The notes under the pieces were generated by a model that was not told where the DNA came from, made no database searches, and saw only the letters and a program-made list of their open reading frames with translations. A program made the translations under genes and the position numbers. A DNA stretch of 64,000 nt from Alphaproteobacteria bacterium (GTDB lineage Bacteria; Pseudomonadota; Alphaproteobacteria; UBA828), in assembly GCA_965221125.1 (NCBI GenBank), contig CBDCRW010000004.1:1024001-1088000 (forward strand), in the 5' to 3' direction. Positions 18,646 to 29,100 of the stretch are shown one piece after another; positions within the stretch are counted from its first letter, which is position 1, and each line of letters begins with the position of its first letter.

Positions 18646-19119
18646 ATGGCCGACGTGGTCGTCCATATCGCAGAGGCTGCGGCGTGTGCTTTGTTCGCCG
18701 CGAGCGTCGCTACCGATGTGCGCCGCCGCGAGGTTCCGAACGCCGTTCCTCTTCTGCTGCTCGGCCTCTTTGCGGTCTACGCGGCAGCGGGCGCGGTGAG
18801 GCCTCTTGGGGACCTTTGGCAGCACATTGCGGTCGGCGCGATCATTCTCGCCGCCGGGTTCGGTCTCTTTCTGACGGGGCGCTTCGGAGCCGGAGATGCC
18901 AAGCTGTTCGCCGTGGCCGGTGTCTGGATCGGTCCTGCGCTCTCCCACCTGACCCTCTTCCTGTTCGGCATGGCGGCGTTCGCGCTGGCGCTCGTCGTGG
19001 CCGCCCTTCTGCCCTTCGAGAGGATGCGGCGCATGCGCAAGGAGCTGCCGTTCGCGGTCGCGATCGCCCCGCCGGCCGTGATCGTCCTGGCTCTGCGGGC
19101 GCTCTCGGACGGGATATGA
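18646..19119 (+). CDS. cpaA: Prepilin peptidase TadV/CpaA (peptidase A24)
   Basis: Catalytic Asp motifs ATDVRRREVPN and FGAGDAKL, C-terminal LPFAVAI; RBS gaggag before ATG 18646. Confidence 0.93.
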   Translation: MADVVVHIAEAAACALFAASVATDVRRREVPNAVPLLLLGLFAVYAAAGAVRPLGDLWQHIAVGAIILAAGFGLFLTGRFGAGDAKLFAVAGVWIGPALSHLTLFLFGMAAFALALVVAALLPFERMRRMRKELPFAVAIAPPAVIVLALRALSDGI

Positions 19120-19137
19120 GCGCGAGGAATCGCTGAC

Positions 19138-20073
19138 ATGAGACGCTACCGCACCGTCATCATCATCGCGCTGATGGGCATTGTTCCCATGGTCGCGGCC
19201 GTGTTCGTGATGCGCTTCATCCTCCCTGCCGCCGAGCCGGTTCAGGCGCCGCCGCCCGTGCAGCAGGCAGCGGCGGCGCCCGCGCCGGTCGTCGAGGAGG
19301 AGCCGGACGAATTCATGGTGCTCGCGGCCGCGCGGGCGCTGCCGGTGGGCACCCTGCTGGACGAGCAGCATCTCACCGAGGTCGGCGTCGAGGAAGACAG
19401 CGTCAGGCGCTGGCATATCGGGACCGAGGACCTGGAGCCGGACGAGATGCCCTACGGCCACGTGGTGCGGCAGGCGATTTCAGCCGGCGCGCCGGTGACC
19501 CGGCAGTCCCTGGTGGGGCCCCGGCAGCGGGGCTTCCTGGCGGCGGTGCTGAAGCCCGGCATGCGGGCCATCACCGTCAGGCTCGGGGCCGGCACGCGCC
19601 ACTCGGGCCTGGTCGACCCGGGCGATCGCGTGGACGTGGTGCTGACGGCGCAGTCGCGCGATCGGGGCGAGCAGAACGTGCTTGCGCGCACGATCCTTGA
19701 GGACGTGCGCGTGGTTGCCGTGGACCGCCGCATCGGCAGTGCGGCGGGCGCTGCGGAAGGCGGCGGCGAGGTCGAACGCACGGAGATTGTGACCGCGACC
19801 CTTGAGGTTCTGCCCTCTCAGACGGGTCTGCTTGCGCTTGGAGAGCTGGAGGGGGAGCTCTCGCTTGCGGTGCGCCCGCTGGCGGCGGCCGGAGCACCGG
19901 CGGAGCCGGCGGACGTTGTGGACATGCGGAGCCTTCTGGCGCTGCCGGAGGAGAACCTGCAGCAGAAGACGGTGCGGGTCGTGCGGGGCAGTCAGGTCAC
20001 AGACGTGACTTTCGGCAACGCGCCCGGGCCTGCCCCCTTCAACGAGGCAGTGGCCGATGCAGGCCTCGAGTGA
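19138..20073 (+). CDS. cpaB: CpaB/RcpC pilus assembly protein (stand-alone copy)
   Basis: N-terminal TM, SAF domain (VLAAARALPVGTLL), [35 protein letters not shown]. Confidence 0.93.
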   Translation: MRRYRTVIIIALMGIVPMVAAVFVMRFILPAAEPVQAPPPVQQAAAAPAPVVEEEPDEFMVLAAARALPVGTLLDEQHLTEVGVEEDSVRRWHIGTEDLEPDEMPYGHVVRQAISAGAPVTRQSLVGPRQRGFLAAVLKPGMRAITVRLGAGTRHSGLVDPGDRVDVVLTAQSRDRGEQNVLARTILEDVRVVAVDRRIGSAAGAAEGGGEVERTEIVTATLEVLPSQTGLLALGELEGELSLAVRPLAAAGAPAEPADVVDMRSLLALPEENLQQKTVRVVRGSQVTDVTFGNAPGPAPFNEAVADAGLE

Positions 20074-20189
20074 ATGCATCCAACCCTTACCGCCGAGCCT
20101 CCGACAAGGGAACGACGGGATCGACAGCGTGGCCGAAGAGCGAGGGCTCATAGCCCGCGGCAACTAACCAATACCAGGGAGTAGCAACG

Positions 20190-21998
20190 TTGAATACCGA
20201 GAAGCTGTTCACCCGCGCCGTCACGGCGCTCCCTCAGGCGATCAGGAAGCGACTGGACAGCGGCGCGCCGCTCGACTGGACGATACTGGAGGACCCCAGG
20301 ACCGGAGCCAGGCTCGCCGAGGCGGGGCGCGTGCATGCGCGCCTGCCGGAGGCCGTCGAGGTCCTTGCGAACCGTCTGGTGAACGAGACCGGTATCGTGC
20401 CCGCCGACCTCGTCCGGGGCACGGAGCGGCAGACGGATGCCGCCGCCTGGATCCGGCAGGCCTCGATCGAGTCGGAGGGCGAGAGCTACTGTATCCGCAG
20501 TCGCCTCAGCGGCGAGGTCCATACTGGCGTCCGTCCGGAGGCCGTTGCCGGCTACGCGGTTCTGGCGCTGGAGCTTGCGGCGGCGGTGCACGAGGCGGTG
20601 GACCGCTGGATCGAGGCCGGCGAGCGGCACAGGACGGTGGACGGCGGGACGACGAGCCTTCTCGGGCTCTACGCCGTGCGCATGCTGGAACACCTGCGTC
20701 CCTCCTCCGGGAGCGGTCCCGATCGCCGGACGGCGGCAGAACTCGCTGCCGCACTCGACCGGACCTGGAACACTCAGGAACTCAAGACACGCGCCGCACT
20801 GTCCGCTATCCGTCTGCGCAACGTCCGGGGGGCGCATGCGCCGCGGCGGAGCTACTACGCACCGATGACGGGCTACCGCCTGCATTCGTTCGATCCGGGC
20901 GAGATCCGGTGGTTGTGGACTCTTGCCGAGCAGGCGATCGAGGCGGCCAGTATGGACGTCAAGAAGAAGCAAGAGGAGGAGCGACCCGCCGCGGCCCGCC
21001 CGCCTGCAGCGGCGCCTCCCCCGAAACTTCCCCCGACCGAAGCCTCGGATTCGAACGACATTTCCGCACTGGAGGCGCGCATCAGGGCGGCGAACGAAGA
21101 GACCGCCAGACTGCTTCAGCTCGGGTCGCCGGTCGAGGAGTTGGCTCCGGAGCGGGAGCTGAGCGGCCTCAGGGAAGCTGCGGAGAGGCTTCCGGACGCG
21201 GTGCGTCGGCGGATGCGCGAATCCAACGGTATCGGCTTCGCCCATGCGCTGTCGCGGCTGCGCAACACCGAGGATTCCGCTGCGGTCCGGGCGGAGCTGG
21301 GGTCCGCGTTGGCGAAACAGAGCGTTCCCCGCTGGCTGGAGGAGCTTGCCACAGCGCTGCTGGCCGACGCGGGCGCACAGAGCCGCGAGGGCACACGGAC
21401 GGGTGGCCTGCGGCTGCATGCGGAAGAGGAACCGGAGGCCGGGTATCGCGCGGTCGAGATCGAAGGCGGTGCAGCCGGGCGGATCACGGCCCTCGGGCTG
21501 ATCGAGCAGGTTCGCCTCGGCCTCTCCTTCGCCACGGACGCATGGCGGGGCCAGACCGCGATCCGCAGCGCGGGCAAGGAAGGCGGCTGGATCCTGGACA
21601 AGGGGGAGGCTGAAGGCAGCGCATTCTCTGAGAGCGAACGAGAGACCCTGGAGGCAGCACGGCAGATGGAGCAGGTGTTGGACCGCATTCAGCGCGGCCG
21701 CGGCACCGACGCGCCGACGGCGCTCGAGGAAGCGTCCATGACCGCGGGCACGTTCAGGGGGATCGGGGCTGCGACGCGCACGGCCGCAGGCTGGCCGGGA
21801 AGCGCCGAGGCTCCGGACCCCCGTGTCCCGGGCGACGTCGAGCGTATCGCGGCTGTCTCGGAGGCGTTGCACGAGCGGATCCGCTCGATCGCCAACAAAC
21901 ACATCGCGAGCTGGATCGCGGGCAACGGAGATTCCGGGGTCGGCAGGAACGGCCGCCCGGCCACGGGCCAGGACGACGGCCGCCGCACCACGGTGTGA
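20190..21998 (+). CDS. Hypothetical protein (602 aa)
   Basis: TTG start with agggag RBS, co-directional, helical composition; no family recognised. Confidence 0.6.
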   Translation: MNTEKLFTRAVTALPQAIRKRLDSGAPLDWTILEDPRTGARLAEAGRVHARLPEAVEVLANRLVNETGIVPADLVRGTERQTDAAAWIRQASIESEGESYCIRSRLSGEVHTGVRPEAVAGYAVLALELAAAVHEAVDRWIEAGERHRTVDGGTTSLLGLYAVRMLEHLRPSSGSGPDRRTAAELAAALDRTWNTQELKTRAALSAIRLRNVRGAHAPRRSYYAPMTGYRLHSFDPGEIRWLWTLAEQAIEAASMDVKKKQEEERPAAARPPAAAPPPKLPPTEASDSNDISALEARIRAANEETARLLQLGSPVEELAPERELSGLREAAERLPDAVRRRMRESNGIGFAHALSRLRNTEDSAAVRAELGSALAKQSVPRWLEELATALLADAGAQSREGTRTGGLRLHAEEEPEAGYRAVEIEGGAAGRITALGLIEQVRLGLSFATDAWRGQTAIRSAGKEGGWILDKGEAEGSAFSESERETLEAARQMEQVLDRIQRGRGTDAPTALEEASMTAGTFRGIGAATRTAAGWPGSAEAPDPRVPGDVERIAAVSEALHERIRSIANKHIASWIAGNGDSGVGRNGRPATGQDDGRRTTV

Positions 21999-22041
21999 AG
22001 GGCGTGAGCGTCCCCGGCAGTGGGAAAGAGTGGAGGAGACC

Positions 22042-23127
22042 ATGACCAGGATTGCCACGGCCCTCGTGGCCGTCGCGGTATTGGCGGGAGTCCTGTTGTC
22101 TGCCGCCGCAGCGGTCGCCGACACCCTCGACCGCGCGCTCACGCTCGCCGCCGAGGGACGCTATCCGGAGGCACGGCGGGTTCTCGATCCCCTGCTGGAT
22201 AACGAGCCGGGCAACGCGCAGCTGCGGCTGCTGCACGGGGTCCTTCGAGTGCAGGAGGGACACAGGGGCGAAGCGATCGCCGTCTTCTCCGGACTCGCGC
22301 GGGAGTTCCCCGACATGTTCGAGGCGCACAACAATCTCGCGGTGCTCTACGTGGACGAAGGCCGGCTGGAAGAGGCGCGGGCGGTCCTGGCGGCAATTCT
22401 GGAACGGCGCCCGGAGGCCGTGGGCTACCGCAACCTGGGCGAAGTCTACGAGAAGCTTGCGAGGCGTGCCTATGCGCAGAGCCGTGCGCTCCGCGACGAC
22501 AGGTCCAGGGATGGAGATGACGACGGCGACTCCGGCACGGAGGTCCTGCAGGCGAGCGATGCGGCCGGTACCGTCTCCGAGCCTGCGACCGCGTTGGAGC
22601 CGGCATCCGGCAGCGAGCCGCCCGCGGTTCCCGAAAGGCCGGCGCCGGCCGAGGAGGCGATCGCGGCGGCCTGCCTGGCGACGGGGGAGTTCCTGGACAT
22701 GGGCACTGTCGAGGAAGCACGGCTGTGGCTGGCGGCGCTCGGCGCGGAAGCAACGCGTGTCTCGAGCGGCACTCGCGAGAGAGTCAAGGACTACCGTGTC
22801 TACCTGCCGCCCTTCGAGAGCCGCAAGGCTGCCGACGCGGCGCTCGGGGATCTGAGCGAGAAGGGCGTGAGCGACATTGCGGTGATTCCAAAGGGTGCCA
22901 GGAAGAACGCCGTCTCTCTGGGCATTTACGCCAAAGAGGCGAACGCGTCGCGGCGGGTGGCACGGTTGGAGGAGCTCGGCTACGCGCCCGTGGTGGAGCC
23001 CAATTCCATGGCGGTCGAAGAGCACGCCACGATCAAGGCGCGCCTTCCCGGCGGCTTCGAGGACCTGCGCGATGCCTGGGCGTCGAGTTTCCCTGACCAC
23101 GCTGTGCGGCAGGTGGAATGTGACTGA
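22042..23127 (+). CDS. Secreted TPR + SPOR-like domain protein
   Basis: RBS ggaggag; signal peptide; TPR motif FPDMFEAHNNLAVLY...YRNLGEVY; C-terminal YRVYLPP...NAVSLGIY...RRVARLEELGY resembles SPOR-type domains. Confidence 0.78.
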   Translation: MTRIATALVAVAVLAGVLLSAAAAVADTLDRALTLAAEGRYPEARRVLDPLLDNEPGNAQLRLLHGVLRVQEGHRGEAIAVFSGLAREFPDMFEAHNNLAVLYVDEGRLEEARAVLAAILERRPEAVGYRNLGEVYEKLARRAYAQSRALRDDRSRDGDDDGDSGTEVLQASDAAGTVSEPATALEPASGSEPPAVPERPAPAEEAIAAACLATGEFLDMGTVEEARLWLAALGAEATRVSSGTRERVKDYRVYLPPFESRKAADAALGDLSEKGVSDIAVIPKGARKNAVSLGIYAKEANASRRVARLEELGYAPVVEPNSMAVEEHATIKARLPGGFEDLRDAWASSFPDHAVRQVECD

Positions 23128-23161
23128 ACTCCCCGCCAGGAAATCGTCCCGGAGCCCGATC

Positions 23162-26100
23162 ATGAATACGGCACACACCGACAGATATCCGGTCCCGGCC
23201 AAACCCGGGCAACCCCGAGCGCGCTTTTCGGTTTCGCCGTTCGAAGCCATCCGGCGCGCCGCGGCGATGGCTGCCGTTCTGTTCTCTCTTTCGGCCTGCT
23301 GGGGACTGTCCGGGGAGAGCCGCTCGCCAGGAGGCGAGCAGCTGCTGCAGAGCAACCTGTCGGTCGCATCCGCCGCGCTCGCGGCCGGCCAGCCGGCGGT
23401 TGCGCACAAGCTCTATCTGGCGCTCGCCGAGCGCTTCGACGACGCGCCCGAGCCGGTCCTCGGGCTTGGCTACATCGCCCTGCAGACGGAGAGGCCCGGC
23501 GAGGCCGGCGACCACTTCAGACGGGCCGCGAAGCTGTCGGACGATGCGCCCGGCTTGCGGGCGGAGGCGCTGCTCGGTGCCGCCCGCGCATCCCTGGCGC
23601 AGGGCGACAGCTCTGCCGCACGGCACCACCTGGCGGCAGCACGCGACCTTGCGGAGGATTCCTCGACGATCGCCTGGATCGAGAACGGCCTGGCCGTCGC
23701 TGCGGTCTTCGAGGAAGACTACCGGACCGCCGAGGCCCACTACGCAAGCGCTCTCCGCCAGCCGTCCGCCCATCCCCGCATAGCAGCCAACTTCATCCGC
23801 ATGCTCATCGCGTCCGGGCGCATCGACGTGGCGGAGCGCACGTACGGGGCCTACGCAACGTCCTATTGGGATGAAGGCGACCGGCATGCCTTGCAGAACC
23901 TGATCGGCGAGGCGAGGCGCCTGTCGCCGCCGCCCAACCGCTTCGATCCGCGCCTTCTGTTGCGGCTGACTGAGATGAAGGCGCTCCCTGACCCGGCGGA
24001 CGCCCCAGCGTACCCCGCAGACGGCGGCCTGCGCACCGGCCCGGAGGGACCCGTGCTGACGATCGGGGGCCGCTTGTTCCCGGCTACACCGGCGACGATG
24101 GCCGCGAGGCCCGCGGCGACACCGGCAGCACCCGTCCTGTCCGAACCGCCACTGGAAGAGACAGCAGATCCCGTCCCGACCTCCAAGCGAAGCGCGCCCG
24201 AATACCAGCCCTCTGTTGGGGAGCGCGGGTCGCCGCGGGCTGCAATCCCCGCCCTCGCGGCTGCACTTCCCCGCGAGGTCCCAGCGTCGTCAGTCACTCG
24301 ATCCGGCTCCTCTTCGTGGTCCGACGTACTCGTGCTGCGCATCGATCCTGAGGGCACATCACGCGAAGGAATATTGGAAGTCGATGCGCCGGTCGAAGGC
24401 CCACCTTCAGCGACATCTACCGATGAGCGGCCACCGGGCAATGCGGAGACCGATGCGGTGCCGGTGGAGGACGTACTTCCAATTGACGGCGCGCTCCGCA
24501 GCGGTTTGGTGCTGGTTGTGGCGTCCTCGCATGCTCAGGTCTCGCCCGGCTCCGCCGTGCCGGACTTCGACGCGGCCACGAGCACACCGGGGGCGCCCCC
24601 GCAGGTCCACGAACCCGGGGCGGTCCAGGCCGCCGGCATCCCTTCCGCAACCGCCGGGGTCGAGCAACAGGCGCACCGATTGGAGGCCGACCCGGTGCAG
24701 TCCGCTAACGCGCTTCTCTTGACCGTTTCCCCCCACGACGGTCCGCCACTGCGGGACAACGCGTCCCTGCGGGCCCCGTCTTCATCGGCCTCCCTCTCGC
24801 GCGAAGCCGGAGCGACCAGCGCAACACTCAAGAGTGAAGCACCCGAGGGTGCACCGCCCGAGGGCGCATCACACGTCGCGGCGGCACAGGCTTCGGGCCT
24901 GCAGTTGGCCACGATCGAAGGCGCGGGCGGAACGCACCGGTCCGAACCCGGCCCGACGCTGGTCGTAAACGTAGCGATCCTGAACGACTACTCGAACTAC
25001 GACCCGTTTTCCGCTGCACCTGCCGCCCATCGTCCCTTCCTGCTCGCCTCCGCCTCTTCGCCGTACATCGACCCGTTGTGGGAATCGGTGTGGATGCCGA
25101 AAGGGAGCGGAGCGGGCTTTCATACCTTTGCGGCGGTTGAATCGGAGAGCCACGACGACTGGCTTCCGCAGGTTGCCGAGACGGCACCGCCGGAGCCGGC
25201 TCGGAGCGACGAATGGACAGTTCTGCTGGGAACGGGCCACAGGCTCACTCTTGGCGTCGACGCTGCGGCGGTCGCGATTGCGTCTCCCGAGATTGCCGAC
25301 GTCCAGCTGCTTACGCCTCGGGTTCTGTTCGTCATGGGGCGGAACCTGGGCCGTACCACCGTCTCGGTACTCGGCGAGGACGGGTCCGTATTCGAGCGGG
25401 ACGTGTCGGTCGTTCTGGATATTGAGCCCCTGCGCGCGCTGTTGGCCGGAGAGCCCGGCCTGCAAGGGGTGCAGGTGGAAAGCCTCACCCGCGGCGTTGC
25501 CCTGGCCGGGGATGTCGACTCGCAAGAGGCGGCGGATCGGGCGCTCGGTCTCGCGACGGTATCGCTCCCCGAAGGCACTCTGGTCGAGAACAACCTCGAC
25601 GTCGGGTTGGATCTGGAGCCGTTGCGGGCCCTCCTCGCGGGCGAGCCCGGCTTCGCCGATGTTGCGGTCAAACGGGTCGGCCGGGGCGTGGCGCTCACCG
25701 GCGAGGTCGCCTCGGCAGAGTCCGCCGACCGGGCGCGTCGGCTGGCCTTGACCGCGGTTCCGGAAGGCCTCCCGGTGGAGAATAACCTTCGGGTGATTAT
25801 CGACATCGAGCCTCTTCGTACGGTTCTGGCCGCAAAGCCGGGGCTCGATCGAGTTCAGGTACAGCGTCTGGCCCGCGGTGTGGCACTTGCAGGCGAGGTG
25901 GACACACCGGAGGCTGCCGACCGCGCCCTTCGTCTGGCCGCAGCCTCTCTGCCGGAAGGCGTGCTGGTGGAGAATAATCTGAACCTGATCCTCGATCTCT
26001 TGCCGCTGAAGGCGCTCCTTGCTGCCGAGACCGGACTGGCCCACGTTCATGTGCGGCAGGTGGCTTGGGGTGTCGCTCTGGCCGGCGAAGTCGCTTCGGC

Positions 26101-29100
26101 GCGGTCCGCCGACTTGGCGCATCGGCTTGCGGTCGCCTCTCTCCCTGAGAGCGTGCCGGTGGAGAACAACCTGCGGGTGGTGGACCTTGAGCCGCTGCGC
26201 GCTGTTCTGGCCGGGGAGGCCGGCCTGCGAGGCGTGCGCGTGGAGAGCCTGACGCACGAGGTCGCACTTGTGGGCGAAGTCGCCTCGCCGGCTCTGGTGG
26301 ACCTGGCGGTCCGTCTCGCCGCCGACTTTCTACCGGAGAGCGTACCGGTGGAGAACAACCTGCGGGTAGTGGACCTTTCGCCGCTGCGCGTGCTTCTGGC
26401 GGGCGAGCCCGGACTTGGAGGCGTTGAGGTCCGCCGGCTCGGTCGGGGCGTGGCGCTCGCCGGTGAGGTTGCCTCGGCAGAAACATCCGAAAGGGCGCAC
26501 AGCCTCGCCTTGGTCACGCTTCCAGAAGACCTGCCGGTCGAGAACAACCTTCGAATCGTGTTCGACACCGGGCCCCTGCTCGAGATCCTGGCGGGCGAGC
26601 CCGGTCTCGAGCGGGTGCGGGTGCAGCGTCTCGCCCGGGGAGTCGCTCTGTCGGGCTACGTCGATTCGCCAGTTGCGGCTGAGCGCGCGCGCGGTCTGGC
26701 TTCCGCGTCTCTCCCGGAAGGCTTGGCGGTGCAAGACAATCTGACCGTAGGCCTGGGCCTTGAGCCGCTTCGTGAACTCCCGGCCGGCGAGCCCGGCCTG
26801 GACGATCTCGCGCCGCTGCGCGTCTTCATCACCGAGGAACCTGGCCTAGAGGGCGTCGTGGTGCGGCGCGTCGGCCGCGGCGTCGCGCTGACGGGCGAGG
26901 TGGCTTCGGTAGAGGATGCCGAAAGGGCACGGCGGCTGGTCGTGGCCGCTTTGCCGGAGACCGTTCCGGTGGAGAACAACCTGCGCGTGGTGCCGGACAT
27001 CGAGCCCCTGACCACCGTCTTCGCTTCGGAGCCCGGACTGGAAGGCGTGCAGGTGAAACGCCTCCCACGTGGCGTCGCCCTCGCGGGGCACGTCGACTCG
27101 CAGGAGGGGGCGGACCGGGCGCTCGGTCTCGCGACGGCGTCGCTCCCGGAGAACACGCTGATCGAGAACAACCTCGACATCGGGCTGGACCTGGGGCCGC
27201 TGCGGGCGCTGCTCGCGGGCGAGTCCGGCTTCGCCGATGTCGAAGTCCAGCGGGTCGGCAGGGGCATAGCGCTCACCGGCGAGGTCGCTTCGCCGGAGGT
27301 TGCCGATCGCGCACACCGGCTTGCCGCAGCCTCGCTACCGGAAACCGTTCCGGTAGAAAACAGCCTGCGTGTCGAGTTCGATATTGTGCCGCTGCGTGTG
27401 CTTCTGGCCGGAGAAGCCGGTCTGGAACGCGTGCAGGTGCAGCGGCTTGCCCGGGGCGTGGCCCTGTCAGGCTACGTCGAGTCGCCGGCCGCGGCGGAGC
27501 GCGCGCTCGGTCTGGCCTCCGCATCTCTTCCGGAAGGCTTGCTTGTCGAGGACAATCTGACCGCAGGCCTTGGTCTCGAGCCGCTTCGTGCACTCCTGGC
27601 CGGCGAGCCCGGTCTGGACGACCTCTCGCCGCTGCGCGCTTTCATAGCCGGCGAGCCCGGTCTCGAGGGCGTCGAGGTGCAGCGGGTCGGCCGGGGCGTG
27701 GCGCTCACCGGCGAGGTCGCTTCGGCAGAGGATGCCGAAAGGGCACGTCGCCTTGCCGTGGCGGCTCTCCCGGAGGGCGTTCCGGTGGAGAACAACCTGC
27801 GGGTGGTGTTCGACATCGTGCCTCTGCGTGTGCTTCTGGCCGGAGAAGCAGGCCTGGATCGCGTGCATGTCCAGCGGCTCGCCCGGGGGGTGGCCCTTGC
27901 GGGCTACGTCGGCTCACCTGCGGCGGAAGACCGCGCGCTTCGGCTTGCCGCCGCCTCCCTGCCGGAAGGCCTGCTGATCGAGAACAACCTGGACGTGGGG
28001 CTGGACCTCGATCCGCTGCGCGTACTGCTGATCGGCGAGCCCGGCCTCGATAGCGTCGCGGCACGGCGCGTGGGCCGGGGCGTGGCGCTCACCGGCGAGG
28101 TCGCTTCGGCGGACGCTGCCGATCGGGCACATCGGCTTGCAGTGGCCTCGCTCCCCGAGAACCTGCTGGTGGAGAACAACCTGCGCGTGCAGTTCGACAT
28201 CGAGCCCCTGCGCGCTGTCCTGGCGGCCGAGCCGGGCCTGGAAGGGATCCAGGTGCGGCAGCTCGCGCGAGGCGTGGCGCTCGCCGGCGAGGTCGCCTCG
28301 CCGGAGGCCGCAGATCGGGCCTCTCGGCTAGCCGCCGCCTCTCTGCCGGAAGGCCTGATCGTGGAGAACAACCTTGAGGTGGGTCTGGACCTGGAGCCTT
28401 TGCGCGCTCTCATGTCGGGCGAGAGCGGTCTCGAAGGCGTCGAGGTGAGGCGCATCGGCCGGGGCGTGGCGCTCACGGGCGAGGTCGCTTCGGCAGACGC
28501 TGCCGATCGGGCGCACCGTCTGGCAGTGGCCTCCCTTCCCGAGAGCCTCCTGGTGGAGAACAACCTGCGCGTGCAGTTCGACATCGAGCCGCTTCGCACT
28601 GTCCTCGCTGCGGAGCCCGGCCTGGAGCAAGTCCGCGTACAGCGGCTAGCGCGAGGCGTGGCGCTTGCCGGCGAGGTCGCCTCGCCGGAGGCCGCGGACC
28701 GGGCGCACCGTCTGGCCGTTGCCTCACTGCCGGGTGGCCTGCTGGTCGAGAACAATATGAGCGTGGTTCTGGACCTCGTGCCGCTCCAGGCGCTCATGGC
28801 CGGCGAGTCCGGCCTGAAGGGAGTCGAGGTGCAGCGGGTCGGCCAGGGCGTGGCGCTCACGGGCGAGGTCGCTTCGGCAGAGGCGTCCGACCGGGCGTAC
28901 CGTCTGATCGCAGCCTCTCTCCCCGACAGCCTGCCGGTGGAGAACAACCTTCGGGTGGTGTTCGACATCGGTCCGTTGCGCGCGGTTCTGGCCGGCGAGC
29001 CCGAACTGGACCGCATCCAGGTGCAGGAGCTGGGCAGAGGCGTCGTGCTGACCGGCGAGGTCGCTTCGGCGGAGGCGTCGGACCGGGCACACCGGATCGC

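Noticed and set aside
22895-23161. Track start of the secretin at 22895
   Set aside because: Overlaps the TPR-SPOR gene by more than 200 bp; the lipobox position favours a start at 23120 or later.
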